The notes under the pieces: model-generated
What the model was told of the DNA's origin: nothing
Databases searched by the model: none
What the model saw: the letters and a program-made list of their open reading frames with translations, nothing else
Made by a program: the position numbers and the translations under genes
Source of the DNA: Escherichia phage vB_EcoM_DalCa
Sequence record: NC_054908.1
Direction: 5' to 3' (one strand)
DNA length: 64,000 nt
Shown here: one piece after another, positions 39,879-50,352 of the stretch
Numbering within the stretch: the stretch's first letter is position 1
Layout: each line of letters begins with the position of its first letter

Positions 39879-40161
39879 GAGAAATAATTCCTTGGTAAGC
39901 CCAATAAGGAGGATTAACAGAATCCTCACCAGAGTTTTCTTCAGGAAAATAAACCTGGATAACGAAGCCGGATTCATCAAAGGTAAAATAAACCGTAGGC
40001 AGTTCACCTAACAATTCTGCACGAGCATTAATTTCTTCGAGATCTCGTTCACGTCCAGCCCAAAAACTAGGATTTAGACTACATTCGTAAAAATAATAGT
40101 CATTACCGAACATATCAAACCCCTTCCAACTCTCTACTACATACCGCTCAAAACTAATCAT
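39850..40161 (-). CDS. hypothetical protein
   Basis: 103 aa ORF. Confidence 0.45.
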   Translation of the reverse strand: MISFERYVVESWKGFDMFGNDYYFYECSLNPSFWAGRERDLEEINARAELLGELPTVYFTFDESGFVIQVYFPEENSGEDSVNPPYWAYQGIISRGTKLELKE

Positions 40162-40163
40162 AA

Positions 40164-40379
40164 TTAAGCCTTTTTATCAAGAACAGCATTCAGCTTGTTA
40201 GTAATTTTATCCAGACGCTCATTGAACTCACTAGAAGATAAGCCCTTTTCTGGAGAAATTAAACTAATCACGAAAAATATAGCAATAAAAGGAATAAGGA
40301 AAATAGCTCCAACTGCCATAAACAGAAAGAATGTTACAGTTGTAAGAAAATCAGCTAAACCTTTACGAAATTTATACAT
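40164..40379 (-). CDS. small membrane protein
   Basis: 71 aa with one long hydrophobic helix. Confidence 0.45.
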   Translation of the reverse strand: MYKFRKGLADFLTTVTFFLFMAVGAIFLIPFIAIFFVISLISPEKGLSSSEFNERLDKITNKLNAVLDKKA

Positions 40380-40494
40380 ATTTTACCCTTAATTGATTAA
40401 CCAAGCATTGATAAGCACTAAACTATATTGGGAATAAAATTCTGGACCAAAATGAAAAATCATATCATTTATAGTATCCATAATGTAATTCAAT

Positions 40495-40965
40495 TTAATC
40501 ATGTTTCCACACCCCATCGGTATTTGACCAAAGTCGCTGATTATCTGATCCTCGCCACAGCTTTTTAGTCGGAAGATTTTTCTCATACTTCCCATCAATA
40601 ATAACATCAACATATTTAAGCATTTCTAGTTGTTTAATATCTTCAAACTTATATCCTGTCCACAACCAAATGCTTTTATTGGGATAAAGATTTTTAATAG
40701 TTTGAACCACAGAGTGAATCACGTCTCTGTTATCAGGATAAAGAGGGTCACCTCCGGTTATAGTTAATCCTTCTATATAATCATTATTCAAACATTCAAT
40801 TAATTGTTCTAGTGTTTCACCAGTGAATGGAATACCATTTCTAGCATTCCATGTTGATTTATTATAACACCCTTCGCATTTATGCAAACAACCTGTAACG
40901 AAAAGAACGGTCCTGCAGCCAGGACCATTAACAAAATCGCAAGGATAAAATCTATCATAATTCAT
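40495..40965 (-). CDS. nrdG: anaerobic ribonucleotide reductase activase NrdG (radical SAM)
   Basis: 156 aa as T4 NrdG; CxxxCxxC cluster GCLHKCEGCYN. Confidence 0.85.
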   Translation of the reverse strand: MNYDRFYPCDFVNGPGCRTVLFVTGCLHKCEGCYNKSTWNARNGIPFTGETLEQLIECLNNDYIEGLTITGGDPLYPDNRDVIHSVVQTIKNLYPNKSIWLWTGYKFEDIKQLEMLKYVDVIIDGKYEKNLPTKKLWRGSDNQRLWSNTDGVWKHD

Positions 40966-42779
40966 TGGTGTTTAACCCTATGCATGATTTCTTTATTTTT
41001 GCCGAGATTAAATCCGCGTTCGTTCGGATTTCCCAAATAACCACATGTTCTTCTTATTGTGTTCATCTTTTTAGGATCAGTTTCTCCACAAATAGAACAA
41101 ACAAATCCGTTTTCAGTAGGAGTCATTTCATGGGTACTTCCACATGTAAAACATTTATCTACTGGCATATTAACACCAAAATAATCTAAATGTTGTGCAG
41201 CATAATCCCATACGGCCTCAAGACCCTTTAAGTTATTTTTCATATCAGGAAGTTCAACATAAGAAATGTGGCCGCCTGTCGCAATGAAATGATATGGTGC
41301 TTCGCGAGAAATCTTTTCAAACGGAGTAATATTTTCTTCTACTGAAACATGGAAACTGTTAGTGTACCAACCTTTATCGGTAACATCCTTTACACTTCCA
41401 TATTTTTCGGTATCAAGTTTACAGAAGCGATAACAAAGGTTTTCAGCAGGAGTAGAATACAAACTAAAAGCAAACCCAGTTCTTTCAGTCCACTGTTTAA
41501 GACGAGCATTCATTTTAGTTAAAATTTCCTGTCCAATATCACGACCGACAAGAATATTCAATTCGTGAATACCAATGTATCCTAGAGACACTGAACTTCT
41601 GCCATTTTTAAATAACTCAATTATATCGTCATCAGGTTTAAGACGAACCCCGAATGCACCTTCTTGGTAAAGAATAGGAGCAACAGTCGCTTTAACTCCT
41701 TTTAAGGAACTAATTCTACACATCAAAGCTTCAAAACATAAATCCATTCGCTCATTGAACAATTCAGTAAATTTCTGTTCATTGAACTGTGTTCCAATAT
41801 AAGAATCTAATGCGATACGAGGAAGATTCAGTGTTACAACACCGAGATTATTACGTCCATCAAGAATTTCATTGCCAGTCGAATCTTTCCATACGCTCAA
41901 GAAACTACGACAACCCATTGGAGAAACAGGAATAGATGAGCCGGTGATAGCTTTATTGTTCTTAGCCGAAATGATGTCAGGATACATTCTTTTGCTTGCG
42001 CACTCTAAAGCAAGCTGCTTAATATCATAGTTCGGGTCGTCTTTATAAAGATTAACACCTTCTTCAACGAACATAACAAGTTTAGGAAAAATAGGAGTTA
42101 TCCCATCACGACCGAGACCTTTAATACGATTTTTCAGAATTGCTTTCTGAATCATTCGTTCAGTCCAGTCAGTTCCCGTACCAAATGTAATTGTTACAAA
42201 AGGAGTCTGTCCGTTTGAACTAAAGAGAGTATTTACTTCATATTCATAAGCTTGGAATGCATCGTATACGTCTTTTTCTGTTTTAGATTGAGCATAATTC
42301 AACGCATCAGCGATTTGCCATTTTTCTGCATCTTCAATATGTTTTGCATAGGTGCGTTTAACATAAGGAGAAAGTACTTCATCTACATTCGCAAAAGTCG
42401 TTCCGCCATATTGATGGGAAGCAACCTGTGCAGTAATTTGTGCCATAATTGCAGTAGCAACACCGATTGATTTAGGAGTTTCAATCTGCGCATTACCGAG
42501 CTTAAATCCGTTCTCAAGCATTCCTTTTAAATCTACTAAACAGCAATTAGTAAATGGAAGAGCAGGGGAATAATCAATATCATGGAAATGAATAATTCCG
42601 CTTTCATGCGCTTTCATAATAAAAGACGGGACCATATTTTTGGCAATGTGCTTAGACACAATACCAGCCATAAGGTCCCGTTGAGTTGGAAAAACACGAG
42701 AATCTTTATTAGCATTCTCGTTTAAAAGGTCTTTATTAGTTTTATGAATCAATCCTTCAATTTCTTTTTCAATTGTCAT
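40962..42779 (-). CDS. nrdD: anaerobic ribonucleoside-triphosphate reductase NrdD
   Basis: 605 aa continuous ORF; C-terminal glycyl-radical motif RRTCGYLG and Cys-rich zinc site. Confidence 0.9.
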   Translation of the reverse strand: MTIEKEIEGLIHKTNKDLLNENANKDSRVFPTQRDLMAGIVSKHIAKNMVPSFIMKAHESGIIHFHDIDYSPALPFTNCCLVDLKGMLENGFKLGNAQIETPKSIGVATAIMAQITAQVASHQYGGTTFANVDEVLSPYVKRTYAKHIEDAEKWQIADALNYAQSKTEKDVYDAFQAYEYEVNTLFSSNGQTPFVTITFGTGTDWTERMIQKAILKNRIKGLGRDGITPIFPKLVMFVEEGVNLYKDDPNYDIKQLALECASKRMYPDIISAKNNKAITGSSIPVSPMGCRSFLSVWKDSTGNEILDGRNNLGVVTLNLPRIALDSYIGTQFNEQKFTELFNERMDLCFEALMCRISSLKGVKATVAPILYQEGAFGVRLKPDDDIIELFKNGRSSVSLGYIGIHELNILVGRDIGQEILTKMNARLKQWTERTGFAFSLYSTPAENLCYRFCKLDTEKYGSVKDVTDKGWYTNSFHVSVEENITPFEKISREAPYHFIATGGHISYVELPDMKNNLKGLEAVWDYAAQHLDYFGVNMPVDKCFTCGSTHEMTPTENGFVCSICGETDPKKMNTIRRTCGYLGNPNERGFNLGKNKEIMHRVKHQ

Positions 42780-43249
42780 TTTAAACTCTTTCTAAGCTGC
42801 TTCTTGAATGAAGCTATTAATTGTGTTTTGGTGTCAGATTCATTATATTCAAATCCTCTTTGAAGCATCTCAGCCATCATTTCCTCTTTTCCTAAACGAG
42901 AAAATTCCTTTGATTTATCTCCAACGAAGTTAGGGTGAATATTATTTTGGGTGTAATCGGATTTTAAATAAGTAAGTAAATTTTCTAACCATTCAAGATA
43001 ATCAACCCCTTGTCCCTTTAAGCCAGAACGATTAAATTTATGCTTCATTTGACCTTCTGCGGCATTGCAGAGATTACAAAGCAATCCACGTACCTTTCCT
43101 GCTTTTGGTCCATTTAATTCATGGTCATGGTCGAGGTGATTAGCTTGAACGTCAGGATTTAGTTCTCGTTGGCAAATTAAGCATTTACCATTTTGTGCAT
43201 CATAAAATTTCTGTTTTTCTTCTTTATATAATTTGCCAGTCAATAACAT
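42776..43249 (-). CDS. 49: endonuclease VII gp49 (Holliday junction resolvase)
   Basis: 157 aa as T4 gp49; zinc/His-Me region HLDHDHELNG...CNLCN. Confidence 0.85.
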   Translation of the reverse strand: MLLTGKLYKEEKQKFYDAQNGKCLICQRELNPDVQANHLDHDHELNGPKAGKVRGLLCNLCNAAEGQMKHKFNRSGLKGQGVDYLEWLENLLTYLKSDYTQNNIHPNFVGDKSKEFSRLGKEEMMAEMLQRGFEYNESDTKTQLIASFKKQLRKSLK

Positions 43250-43291
43250 AATAAAACCCTTACCTTAAATAGATAAGGGTATTTATTATTT

Positions 43292-43795
43292 TCAAGTATT
43301 GTAAAACATTTGATGCAATCGCTTATATTGCTGAATCATTCGGTCAGAAAAAGAAATTTGAGTTTCAAGCCATTCAATGTATTCTGCGGCAGCTTGCATC
43401 AGGTTACCTTCATAGCCATCGTTATTTTCTTGCGCAGCTAATTTAGCTAATGCGTATGAAATACGTTCACCTTGAAAATCGGCTTTAGGCTTCTGAACAA
43501 CTTGATTAGTTCGCTCTACAACTTCTTCAATTTCGCCATTTTCAACGGATTCAGTATTCCATAAGCACCAATACGTAATTGGCTTATCATAGATATTAAT
43601 AATCTTTCCGTCGGAAAGTTCAATTTCAATAATTCCAGTATCAGGCTCTATATCATCTTCACATTCTTTTGCAAGTTCACGAACTTTAAAGACAGTACCT
43701 GCACTAAGTTCCGGCCAGTAATTACACAGCCCTGTATCAGCACGATTAATTCTAAACCACTTATCTACTGTAATCATGTCCCATCTCCATATCAA
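43292..43795 (-). CDS. hypothetical protein (Pin-like by position)
   Basis: 167 aa ORF adjacent to gene 49 where T4 pin (about 161 aa) lies. Confidence 0.5.
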   Translation of the reverse strand: MIWRWDMITVDKWFRINRADTGLCNYWPELSAGTVFKVRELAKECEDDIEPDTGIIEIELSDGKIINIYDKPITYWCLWNTESVENGEIEEVVERTNQVVQKPKADFQGERISYALAKLAAQENNDGYEGNLMQAAAEYIEWLETQISFSDRMIQQYKRLHQMFYNT

Positions 43796-43900
43796 TTAAG
43801 TCATTTATCGTTGGTTCATTATATACTGTTTCTTCATCAGTGTAAACCGGTTCTTCCGGCTCTGGCTCTACAGTTTCCCATCTAGCCGCCCACCAAGGTT

Positions 43901-44221
43901 TTATAGCGTAATCCATTCTCGTACTATCTGAGTTACTACACGTTCACGGGGCTCGACTAGTTCAACAGTCGGAACTGCATAATACCAGTCAGAATGATAA
44001 GAACCTGACCGAGATTCATTTACCGCTACATGTACATTATGTTTTGGACTAAAGTAAACACACTGACGATATTGGCATTTACCATCTTGCACCCAGTCTT
44101 CTATTTCGATAGGTTTAAGATAGTCGGAAAAATCGAAATCATAGTTTTCCGAAAATGCATCATGGTCTTCAATAATTTCGCTCAGAACTGCATCAACATC
44201 TAATTTATTTTCAATAGTCAT
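43901..44221 (-). CDS. hypothetical protein
   Basis: 106 aa ORF. Confidence 0.45.
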   Translation of the reverse strand: MTIENKLDVDAVLSEIIEDHDAFSENYDFDFSDYLKPIEIEDWVQDGKCQYRQCVYFSPKHNVHVAVNESRSGSYHSDWYYAVPTVELVEPRERVVTQIVREWITL

Positions 44222-44231
44222 TTTTCACCAA

Positions 44232-44441
44232 TTAATTTCGCAATTTATTAAGTTCTTCATCATCAATCCAGGATTCTAGTCCTGATGGCAGGTCACATTC
44301 AATTTCCCAAAGAAGTTCTTCAATTTTCTGAAGACGATCTAGTTCTTCGGCTGGAATAGTAACCATTGACGGAGCTCGTGATACATTAATATCGTAAATC
44401 ATATTTACCCCAGTTTGACCATACAATCGCCGTATTTCCAC
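44232..44441 (-). CDS. hypothetical protein
   Basis: 69 aa ORF. Confidence 0.4.
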   Translation of the reverse strand: MEIRRLYGQTGVNMIYDINVSRAPSMVTIPAEELDRLQKIEELLWEIECDLPSGLESWIDDEELNKLRN

Positions 44442-44620
44442 TTAGAAATAGACTTTTCACCATTAGAATAATAAACTTCAAGTTTAGCACGATTATTTTT
44501 AATTTGAATAACCTTTGCTGTCATCAAAGTTCCATACCCATAATAAACTGCAACTTCATCACCTACATATACCGCGATTCCGCGGTAATCGTGAATATAG
44601 TCAGTTCCTTCGAGCATCAT
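44405..44620 (-). CDS. hypothetical protein
   Basis: 71 aa ORF. Confidence 0.4.
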   Translation of the reverse strand: MMLEGTDYIHDYRGIAVYVGDEVAVYYGYGTLMTAKVIQIKNNRAKLEVYYSNGEKSISKWKYGDCMVKLG

Positions 44621-44880
44621 TTAAAATATTCTCGCAGTTGGTCAAATCCACCAATATGACTTCCATCAGGAGCAAATACCTGGGGCATTGTCAAGCCGAT
44701 TTGAGTATCACGACCTAGTTTAGTTAGAAGCTCAGCGATTTTCTCATCATCAAAAACACCTTTTTCCGGCATAATGTTGATAAATTCAAACGGCTGTTTC
44801 TTCACGGTCAAAAGACGTTTTGCATTATCACAATACACACATTTATGGATGTTGCTATCATAACCATATACTTTAAACAT
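44617..44880 (-). CDS. nrdC: NrdC thioredoxin/glutaredoxin
   Basis: 87 aa as T4 NrdC; CVYC active site near N-terminus. Confidence 0.8.
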   Translation of the reverse strand: MFKVYGYDSNIHKCVYCDNAKRLLTVKKQPFEFINIMPEKGVFDDEKIAELLTKLGRDTQIGLTMPQVFAPDGSHIGGFDQLREYFK

Positions 44881-44881
44881 A

Positions 44882-45139
44882 TTATTCCTTAATTCCTAGT
44901 ACTTGTTTAAAAGTCTCGTCGTAATCAAGACTTTGGCCCGTTTGTTCTTTATGTTTGTATATAATATCACTTACTTCTGATAGCATATTTTTATATGAAC
45001 GAGTTAAAGCAGATTTAAGCACGCTGTATCTATCAGGAAATTTACCATGTTCATTATAATAAGCTATTGCTAATTCACGGACTGCCTTTTCAGCAGTCTC
45101 CATATATTCTTTACGCTTGGTCATTTTCTTCTCGGTCAA
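44882..45139 (-). CDS. hypothetical protein
   Basis: 85 aa ORF. Confidence 0.45.
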
Positions 45140-45407
45140 ATCGGTGTTTACAATGGCGACATTTATAACGAAGATTATTAGTCTGCCAATGAACTAATTG
45201 TACCTGTTCAGTACCGCATTCAGGACAATTAGGAACGTTTTTAGAAGCCCTTTCGCGACGCTTAACCATAGCCATAATGGCATCCCATGCTGGAGGTTTA
45301 AAATCTAAATCGTCAGTAACTAGCAGTCCTTTATCAAACCCAGCGCATGGAGTCCATTCAGGAAAATCTGAAGCTTCGGCAATATCTTCTAATAAACGCT
45401 TTTTCAT
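45111..45407 (-). CDS. zinc-ribbon protein
   Basis: 98 aa; CPECG...CRHCKHRF four-Cys ribbon. Confidence 0.5.
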
Positions 45408-46330
45408 TTCAGTACCTCAATAGCATCACGTAAACCATTTGCTTTGGCGGTTAAAGCCTTAAGAACTTTAGTATGCTCTTCAATCTGTTTTTCAACTTCA
45501 ATCAAACGAGCACTGAGATATTCGCGTTCTTCTTTCATAGTATCATTCCCACGATTGGGCTTTGGTGTAGGTTTAAATTCACTAGGGTCCTTTAATTTAA
45601 TAACAAATTTAGTTTCAAACAGTGAAAGACCATAATTCGTATTATCATCAAAGGATTTGACTACATCCATATCAGATAATAACGTACGAAGATTATAAGT
45701 CAAAGAACGAATCGTTTTATTATGTTTATTAGCTTCACACGGTTTCATATATGGAAGATTTTTATATATCTCATTCGGAGCGCAAACGATAATTGACAAT
45801 TCAAATTGTCCATTCTGGGACGATGGAATGAATTTAGCCGTAACCCAGTCTTTTACATTCACATTAATAGTACGGTTATCACCATGACAAAACAGTCTAC
45901 GAGAATGCTTAAAAAGCATATTCACGTTATTATTGAATTCGTGTGAAAATTCACTAGCAAATTTTTCTTTACTATTTTTAGAAAACCATTCTTCTAAATA
46001 AGTTCTTTTCACGTCATTAATAATATTAAATGTAACAACATTAGCATTTGATACATTAGTCTCAATGTAGCTTGGATACATAAATTTTTTAACATTATTA
46101 ACAGCTATCACAGAAGATAGTAATCGGGAACGTTTAAACCATTCAAGCAAATTGCCTAACGAATGAGAATACGCATTTTGTGTATCTTTACAAATATGGT
46201 TTTCCCATCCAATATAGTCTAAAAAATCACGAAGAATATTATTGATTACTGCTCTGTGTCCTATCTGATAATTACGATGTTTAGTAATAAGACTGTCAAA
46301 ATAATCAATATAATGTTTACGAGTTTTCAT
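45404..46330 (-). CDS. hypothetical protein with C-terminal coiled coil (array member 1)
   Basis: 308 aa; Pro/Lys-rich linker then about 50 aa heptad-like C-terminus. Confidence 0.5.
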   Translation of the reverse strand: MKTRKHYIDYFDSLITKHRNYQIGHRAVINNILRDFLDYIGWENHICKDTQNAYSHSLGNLLEWFKRSRLLSSVIAVNNVKKFMYPSYIETNVSNANVVTFNIINDVKRTYLEEWFSKNSKEKFASEFSHEFNNNVNMLFKHSRRLFCHGDNRTINVNVKDWVTAKFIPSSQNGQFELSIIVCAPNEIYKNLPYMKPCEANKHNKTIRSLTYNLRTLLSDMDVVKSFDDNTNYGLSLFETKFVIKLKDPSEFKPTPKPNRGNDTMKEEREYLSARLIEVEKQIEEHTKVLKALTAKANGLRDAIEVLK

Positions 46331-46382
46331 GTTCTTCTCACTTGGTTAATGATTTATACTCCGAGCCATCCTTGGCTTTAAA

Positions 46383-47381
46383 TTACTTAATTAACTGTAA
46401 AGCTTGTTCAAGACGATCCAGGCGATTAACAGATTCTTCCCAAATCCTTTTAGCCTGCTCATATTCTTTCTGCGCTTTATTAGAAATTTCTAGAACTTCT
46501 TTATAAGCTTTTTCTAATGCAATAACTTCTGGACGAATTTCTACCGGTTCAGGTGAATCATCAAGATTATCCATTAGTTCCTCAAGGGTAGTTTCTTCTT
46601 TAGGAGTATTCACAATTTCATCACATTTTTGTTGGTAAATTTCTTTATCAGTAGGTGAATAAGCACATTTCACTTCACGAAGGCTAATTATGAGTTTATA
46701 TCCTTCCCAACCGCATATATTTTTAAAAGGATATGTATGAATATTTTCTACTGTTTCCATACAAAGTAATGCGGTCTCTAACTGACGAGTTATATCACTA
46801 GCAATTGAGAAAAATTTATTAATATTCTTTTGGTTAGCGTTTGGTGTAAAAAATCCATAATTCACAAAAATAGCTACTTTATTTTCATCAAGCTCATATT
46901 CTTTTACGATAATCATATCAGAAGCCAAAGGATGAATTTGACGATAATCGCCATAACATAATTTAGAAGCTGATTTTAGAATTTGTCCTTTGAAAAGTCT
47001 GAAATTACTAATCCAACGACGAGTAAAAATATTCTCAGGGGCTTCTTTATTAAGATGATAAGAATTAACATCACCGAACCAATTATATCCTACTACATCT
47101 TTGGTTCGTTTAATTTCTTTCCCAAAATTACCAAGAATATCCCGATTAACCAAATATGAAAGAAGACGAGATCCTTTAAAGGTTTTCTTAATGGCATCTT
47201 TATTTGTACGACTAGAAATTTCATGAACTTCATGAATAAATTTGCCGGAAGAAACAATACTTGCATCAATATTATTGAGCCATTGATTGATAATAGAAAG
47301 AACACTATTTTGGCCAAACAGCGGTATAACTTTATCATCAATAACGCTATTGAATGATTTGATATATTCGTTACGAGTCAT
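46383..47381 (-). CDS. hypothetical protein with C-terminal coiled coil (array member 2)
   Basis: ORF-track ORF to 47411; start at internal Met (MTRNEY) with GAGGAG RBS avoids the promoter at 47410..47439. Confidence 0.5.
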   Translation of the reverse strand: MTRNEYIKSFNSVIDDKVIPLFGQNSVLSIINQWLNNIDASIVSSGKFIHEVHEISSRTNKDAIKKTFKGSRLLSYLVNRDILGNFGKEIKRTKDVVGYNWFGDVNSYHLNKEAPENIFTRRWISNFRLFKGQILKSASKLCYGDYRQIHPLASDMIIVKEYELDENKVAIFVNYGFFTPNANQKNINKFFSIASDITRQLETALLCMETVENIHTYPFKNICGWEGYKLIISLREVKCAYSPTDKEIYQQKCDEIVNTPKEETTLEELMDNLDDSPEPVEIRPEVIALEKAYKEVLEISNKAQKEYEQAKRIWEESVNRLDRLEQALQLIK

Positions 47382-47409
47382 ATTAATCTCCTCAGTAGAA
47401 AGTAAGAAC

Positions 47410-47439
47410 ATTATACCACATCCTTGTGGCGAAGTAAAC
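47410..47439 (-). promoter_or_regulatory. T4-type early promoter
   Basis: minus strand GTTTAC, 18 nt, TATAAT; near-identical to promoter at 2418..2447. Confidence 0.6.
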
Positions 47440-48458
47440 TAGTTCAGTGCATTTAGTGCGTTGTTCAGTTTAGAACGTTGCTTCGTGAGATTTTTGACTT
47501 TTTCTTGAGCTTTTTCTAGCATCTTTTCAGCTTCTAGCACTTCATTGGTCGCTTTAACGAGTTCATCATCTACTGCCTTGATAGACTTCTCAATCGCATC
47601 CGCGTGCCATTTTTCAACAGGTTTAAGACTCGGATTTTCAATAGGAAGAAAATTCACTTTATTGAATTTCCATGCATCTTTATTGCCTGAACTATACATC
47701 CAAAATTTAGGATCGTTTGATGAGTAATTAGATAAATTTAAGTTATCTTGCACTTCTTGCTTTTTCTCTTGCGGGACTTCATCCTTTCTCAAAAAATCGT
47801 ATTTAAATGAAACGATCATATCAAGTTCATATGTTGTTGTATGTTCCCAATTTCGCTCAAAACGAGGTAAAATCTTAGAATGAACAGCGGCAACAACATC
47901 CATATACTTAAATGCTTCTGTCAACTGCGATTTAAGGCATTCGCAAATTGAAAGAGAATTTTTTGTATTAGGTTTAAAGCTAATTCGTGCAGTTCTATTA
48001 TTTTCTTTTAATGGTCTTACTTCCATCTGAAGAGTATAACCATCAAATTTCAGGTTCTTTAAGTTAATGTCAGAACCTTTTAATCGACTAGCCGTCGACA
48101 AAATTTGCTTTAATTGTTTACGGAATAGAGCAATAAATCTCCATTCAAGACGATAATGATTTGGATTAAAAAATCCTGTTGATAAATCAACCTTACTCTG
48201 ACCAACGCCTTGAACAAATAGAGGATTTTTATAATCAATAGTTTTACAGAAATCGGTGAGCTGCTCACGAGCAGTCATTTGTGTAATATATCCCGCTTTA
48301 CTAAAATGACGTAACCATTCACTGCTATTCATATACTTAAAGTGAATATCACGATTAACTTTATCAGGGTCTAAATTATTTTCACACAAAAATGTCATAA
48401 CATCACGAGTATAGCTGGCATTACGAACCATATCTTCAATTTGAGAACGAGTTTTCAT
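47439..48458 (-). CDS. hypothetical protein with C-terminal coiled coil (array member 3)
   Basis: 339 aa; C-terminal EAEKMLEKAQEKVKNLTKQRSKLNNALNALN. Confidence 0.5.
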   Translation of the reverse strand: MKTRSQIEDMVRNASYTRDVMTFLCENNLDPDKVNRDIHFKYMNSSEWLRHFSKAGYITQMTAREQLTDFCKTIDYKNPLFVQGVGQSKVDLSTGFFNPNHYRLEWRFIALFRKQLKQILSTASRLKGSDINLKNLKFDGYTLQMEVRPLKENNRTARISFKPNTKNSLSICECLKSQLTEAFKYMDVVAAVHSKILPRFERNWEHTTTYELDMIVSFKYDFLRKDEVPQEKKQEVQDNLNLSNYSSNDPKFWMYSSGNKDAWKFNKVNFLPIENPSLKPVEKWHADAIEKSIKAVDDELVKATNEVLEAEKMLEKAQEKVKNLTKQRSKLNNALNALN

Positions 48459-48466
48459 AGTGTTCC

Positions 48467-49375
48467 TTAAGATTTAAGTAAATCAACAATTTTAATTAAC
48501 TTTTCACGCTCAGATTTAGCTTTACTACTCAATCCAGATAGTCTGAAAATTTCATCGTCATATTGTTGAATAGAAATATTCAGCTCTTCAATTTGCTTAT
48601 TAAAATAATCAATTTGTTCAGAATGTTTTTCATTACTACAAACTGGTACAGGTTTTGTAGGTAATTTAGTTGAACTGGATTCATCCGGGCGATAAATTAA
48701 AATACAACTTGAACCAATAGGACATTTTACACCAGACGAATATTCTAATGTTCCAGATTCTTTTAAAACTTCAAAAGCTAAACAGAGATGATGCCCCATA
48801 TTGACATAATCTGTAGAGTGAGCTCTGATATAATAATCATCGCCGCGAATACTAAATTTAAAGCATTTAAGGTCTTCTGTATTATTGGTCTTAAAAATCA
48901 TTTGTTTATCTAGACCTTTAGCTAATCGAGCGCCTAATGCTAATAATCGTCGTTGATTTTCCCACAAATCCGCAATCATTTGATCGAATGATAATTTCGG
49001 CATTAGTCGACCATAAAGGTCGTATCCTTTATTATAATTGCGAAGGATTTCACTCGCATTAATACGAGACAATGCTCCAATTTTATTAAGGGCTTTCATA
49101 ATGCGATTAGATAAACCCATTCCAGACCCGTTTGTTCGCTGTAAATGTTTTTCTAATCCAAATCCAATATCAACTTTAAACTTATCTAAAATTTCTGCAT
49201 GAACATCTCTGTCAATAACATTCAAATCCAAAGTTGGGTTAAATCTATGAAAAAATTTATCTGGCTCTCCACGACGAAGTACAGTCCATTCATTCAATTT
49301 TTTATTAACTAAAGATTTAATTACTGCATTGACATTATTAATTACTACTGACATATTTTCCTCACTCAATTTCAA
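48467..49375 (-). CDS. hypothetical protein with C-terminal coiled coil (array member 4)
   Basis: 302 aa; C-terminal coiled-coil-like segment. Confidence 0.5.
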   Translation of the reverse strand: MKLSEENMSVVINNVNAVIKSLVNKKLNEWTVLRRGEPDKFFHRFNPTLDLNVIDRDVHAEILDKFKVDIGFGLEKHLQRTNGSGMGLSNRIMKALNKIGALSRINASEILRNYNKGYDLYGRLMPKLSFDQMIADLWENQRRLLALGARLAKGLDKQMIFKTNNTEDLKCFKFSIRGDDYYIRAHSTDYVNMGHHLCLAFEVLKESGTLEYSSGVKCPIGSSCILIYRPDESSSTKLPTKPVPVCSNEKHSEQIDYFNKQIEELNISIQQYDDEIFRLSGLSSKAKSEREKLIKIVDLLKS

Positions 49376-49769
49376 TTTTACTAAATACGCAGAATATGAT
49401 GGAAAAAACTATATAAGCACCGCATACAGATTGAACTAATACCATTCCAAAGAACCAAACAATATTATCAAACAATGTCTGTTTTACGTCGAAAGGACGT
49501 AAACTTACAGTAATATTATCACCTTTTTCTATTGAAGAATACATCTCTGGTGAAATATATTCGCTAAATCTATAACCATCATTCAGCTCATATACAGCAA
49601 TAAACGATAAACTAGACCCCTTTCCTTGTGTTCCTGTAAAGGTATTAACTACAGTAACATCATAATCTTTATAATGCATATAATCATTAATTGCGTAATA
49701 ACCATATGCAATTACTATACATAAACAACATATCAATAAATTCAATCTTTTAATTATCAACTGTTTCAT
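49362..49769 (-). CDS. membrane protein
   Basis: 135 aa; hydrophobic helices at both termini. Confidence 0.5.
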   Translation of the reverse strand: MKQLIIKRLNLLICCLCIVIAYGYYAINDYMHYKDYDVTVVNTFTGTQGKGSSLSFIAVYELNDGYRFSEYISPEMYSSIEKGDNITVSLRPFDVKQTLFDNIVWFFGMVLVQSVCGAYIVFSIIFCVFSKIEIE

Positions 49770-49824
49770 AATAATCTCAATTAAAAGGGCTTAGAACCAT
49801 TATACCATCCTTGGTATAAAGCGG

Positions 49825-50352
49825 TTATGCGAGTACCGTCTTTAACCGTTCTTCAAACTTCCGAAGAGTATTTTGGCGTTCAGCTCTTTGCTTTTTGTAA
49901 GTTTCAATACGCTCTGAAATGAGAGTGTATCGTTCATTTACTGATTCTTTCATAAAATCAGGAATTTCACGAGAAGCTTTAATCTCATCAAATTTATCAA
50001 TAACAGCTTGCTCTTCAGCAATTAAGTTATCATACATCAAAATATCTTTCTTGATGAACTCAATATCTTCTTGAGTTACACGAGATAACTTAGATGCTTT
50101 ATCCTTTTTGTACTGTTCGTTAGTATCACGAGACCAATGTAATGTACGATTTTTATTCGTATTTTTGTAAATTTCTACAATACCAATCTCATCAATAATA
50201 ACGATCCAATTCCAACGGGATTTGTAAATTTGTCCTCCATCAACCGCGATTTCACCACCGATTGAGACATCATTAAAGAACTTGCTTTGAGCTTCAGATT
50301 TAAATTTACCATCATTGTAGTTTACTAAGTTGAAAATATCTTTAGCATTCAT
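49825..50352 (-). CDS. hypothetical protein
   Basis: ORF-track ORF to 50412; probable start at Met MNAKDIF with GGAGG RBS; C-terminal helical region. Confidence 0.5.
   Translation of the reverse strand: MNAKDIFNLVNYNDGKFKSEAQSKFFNDVSIGGEIAVDGGQIYKSRWNWIVIIDEIGIVEIYKNTNKNRTLHWSRDTNEQYKKDKASKLSRVTQEDIEFIKKDILMYDNLIAEEQAVIDKFDEIKASREIPDFMKESVNERYTLISERIETYKKQRAERQNTLRKFEERLKTVLA

Noticed and set aside
39555-40007. Full-length 150 aa ORF as a membrane protein
   Set aside because: Its N-terminal 45 residues overlap the upstream ORF in another frame; only the C-terminal glutaredoxin-like part is credible.
40962-42779. Group I intron in nrdD
   Set aside because: The ORF is uninterrupted at T4 NrdD length with no GC-rich structured insert.
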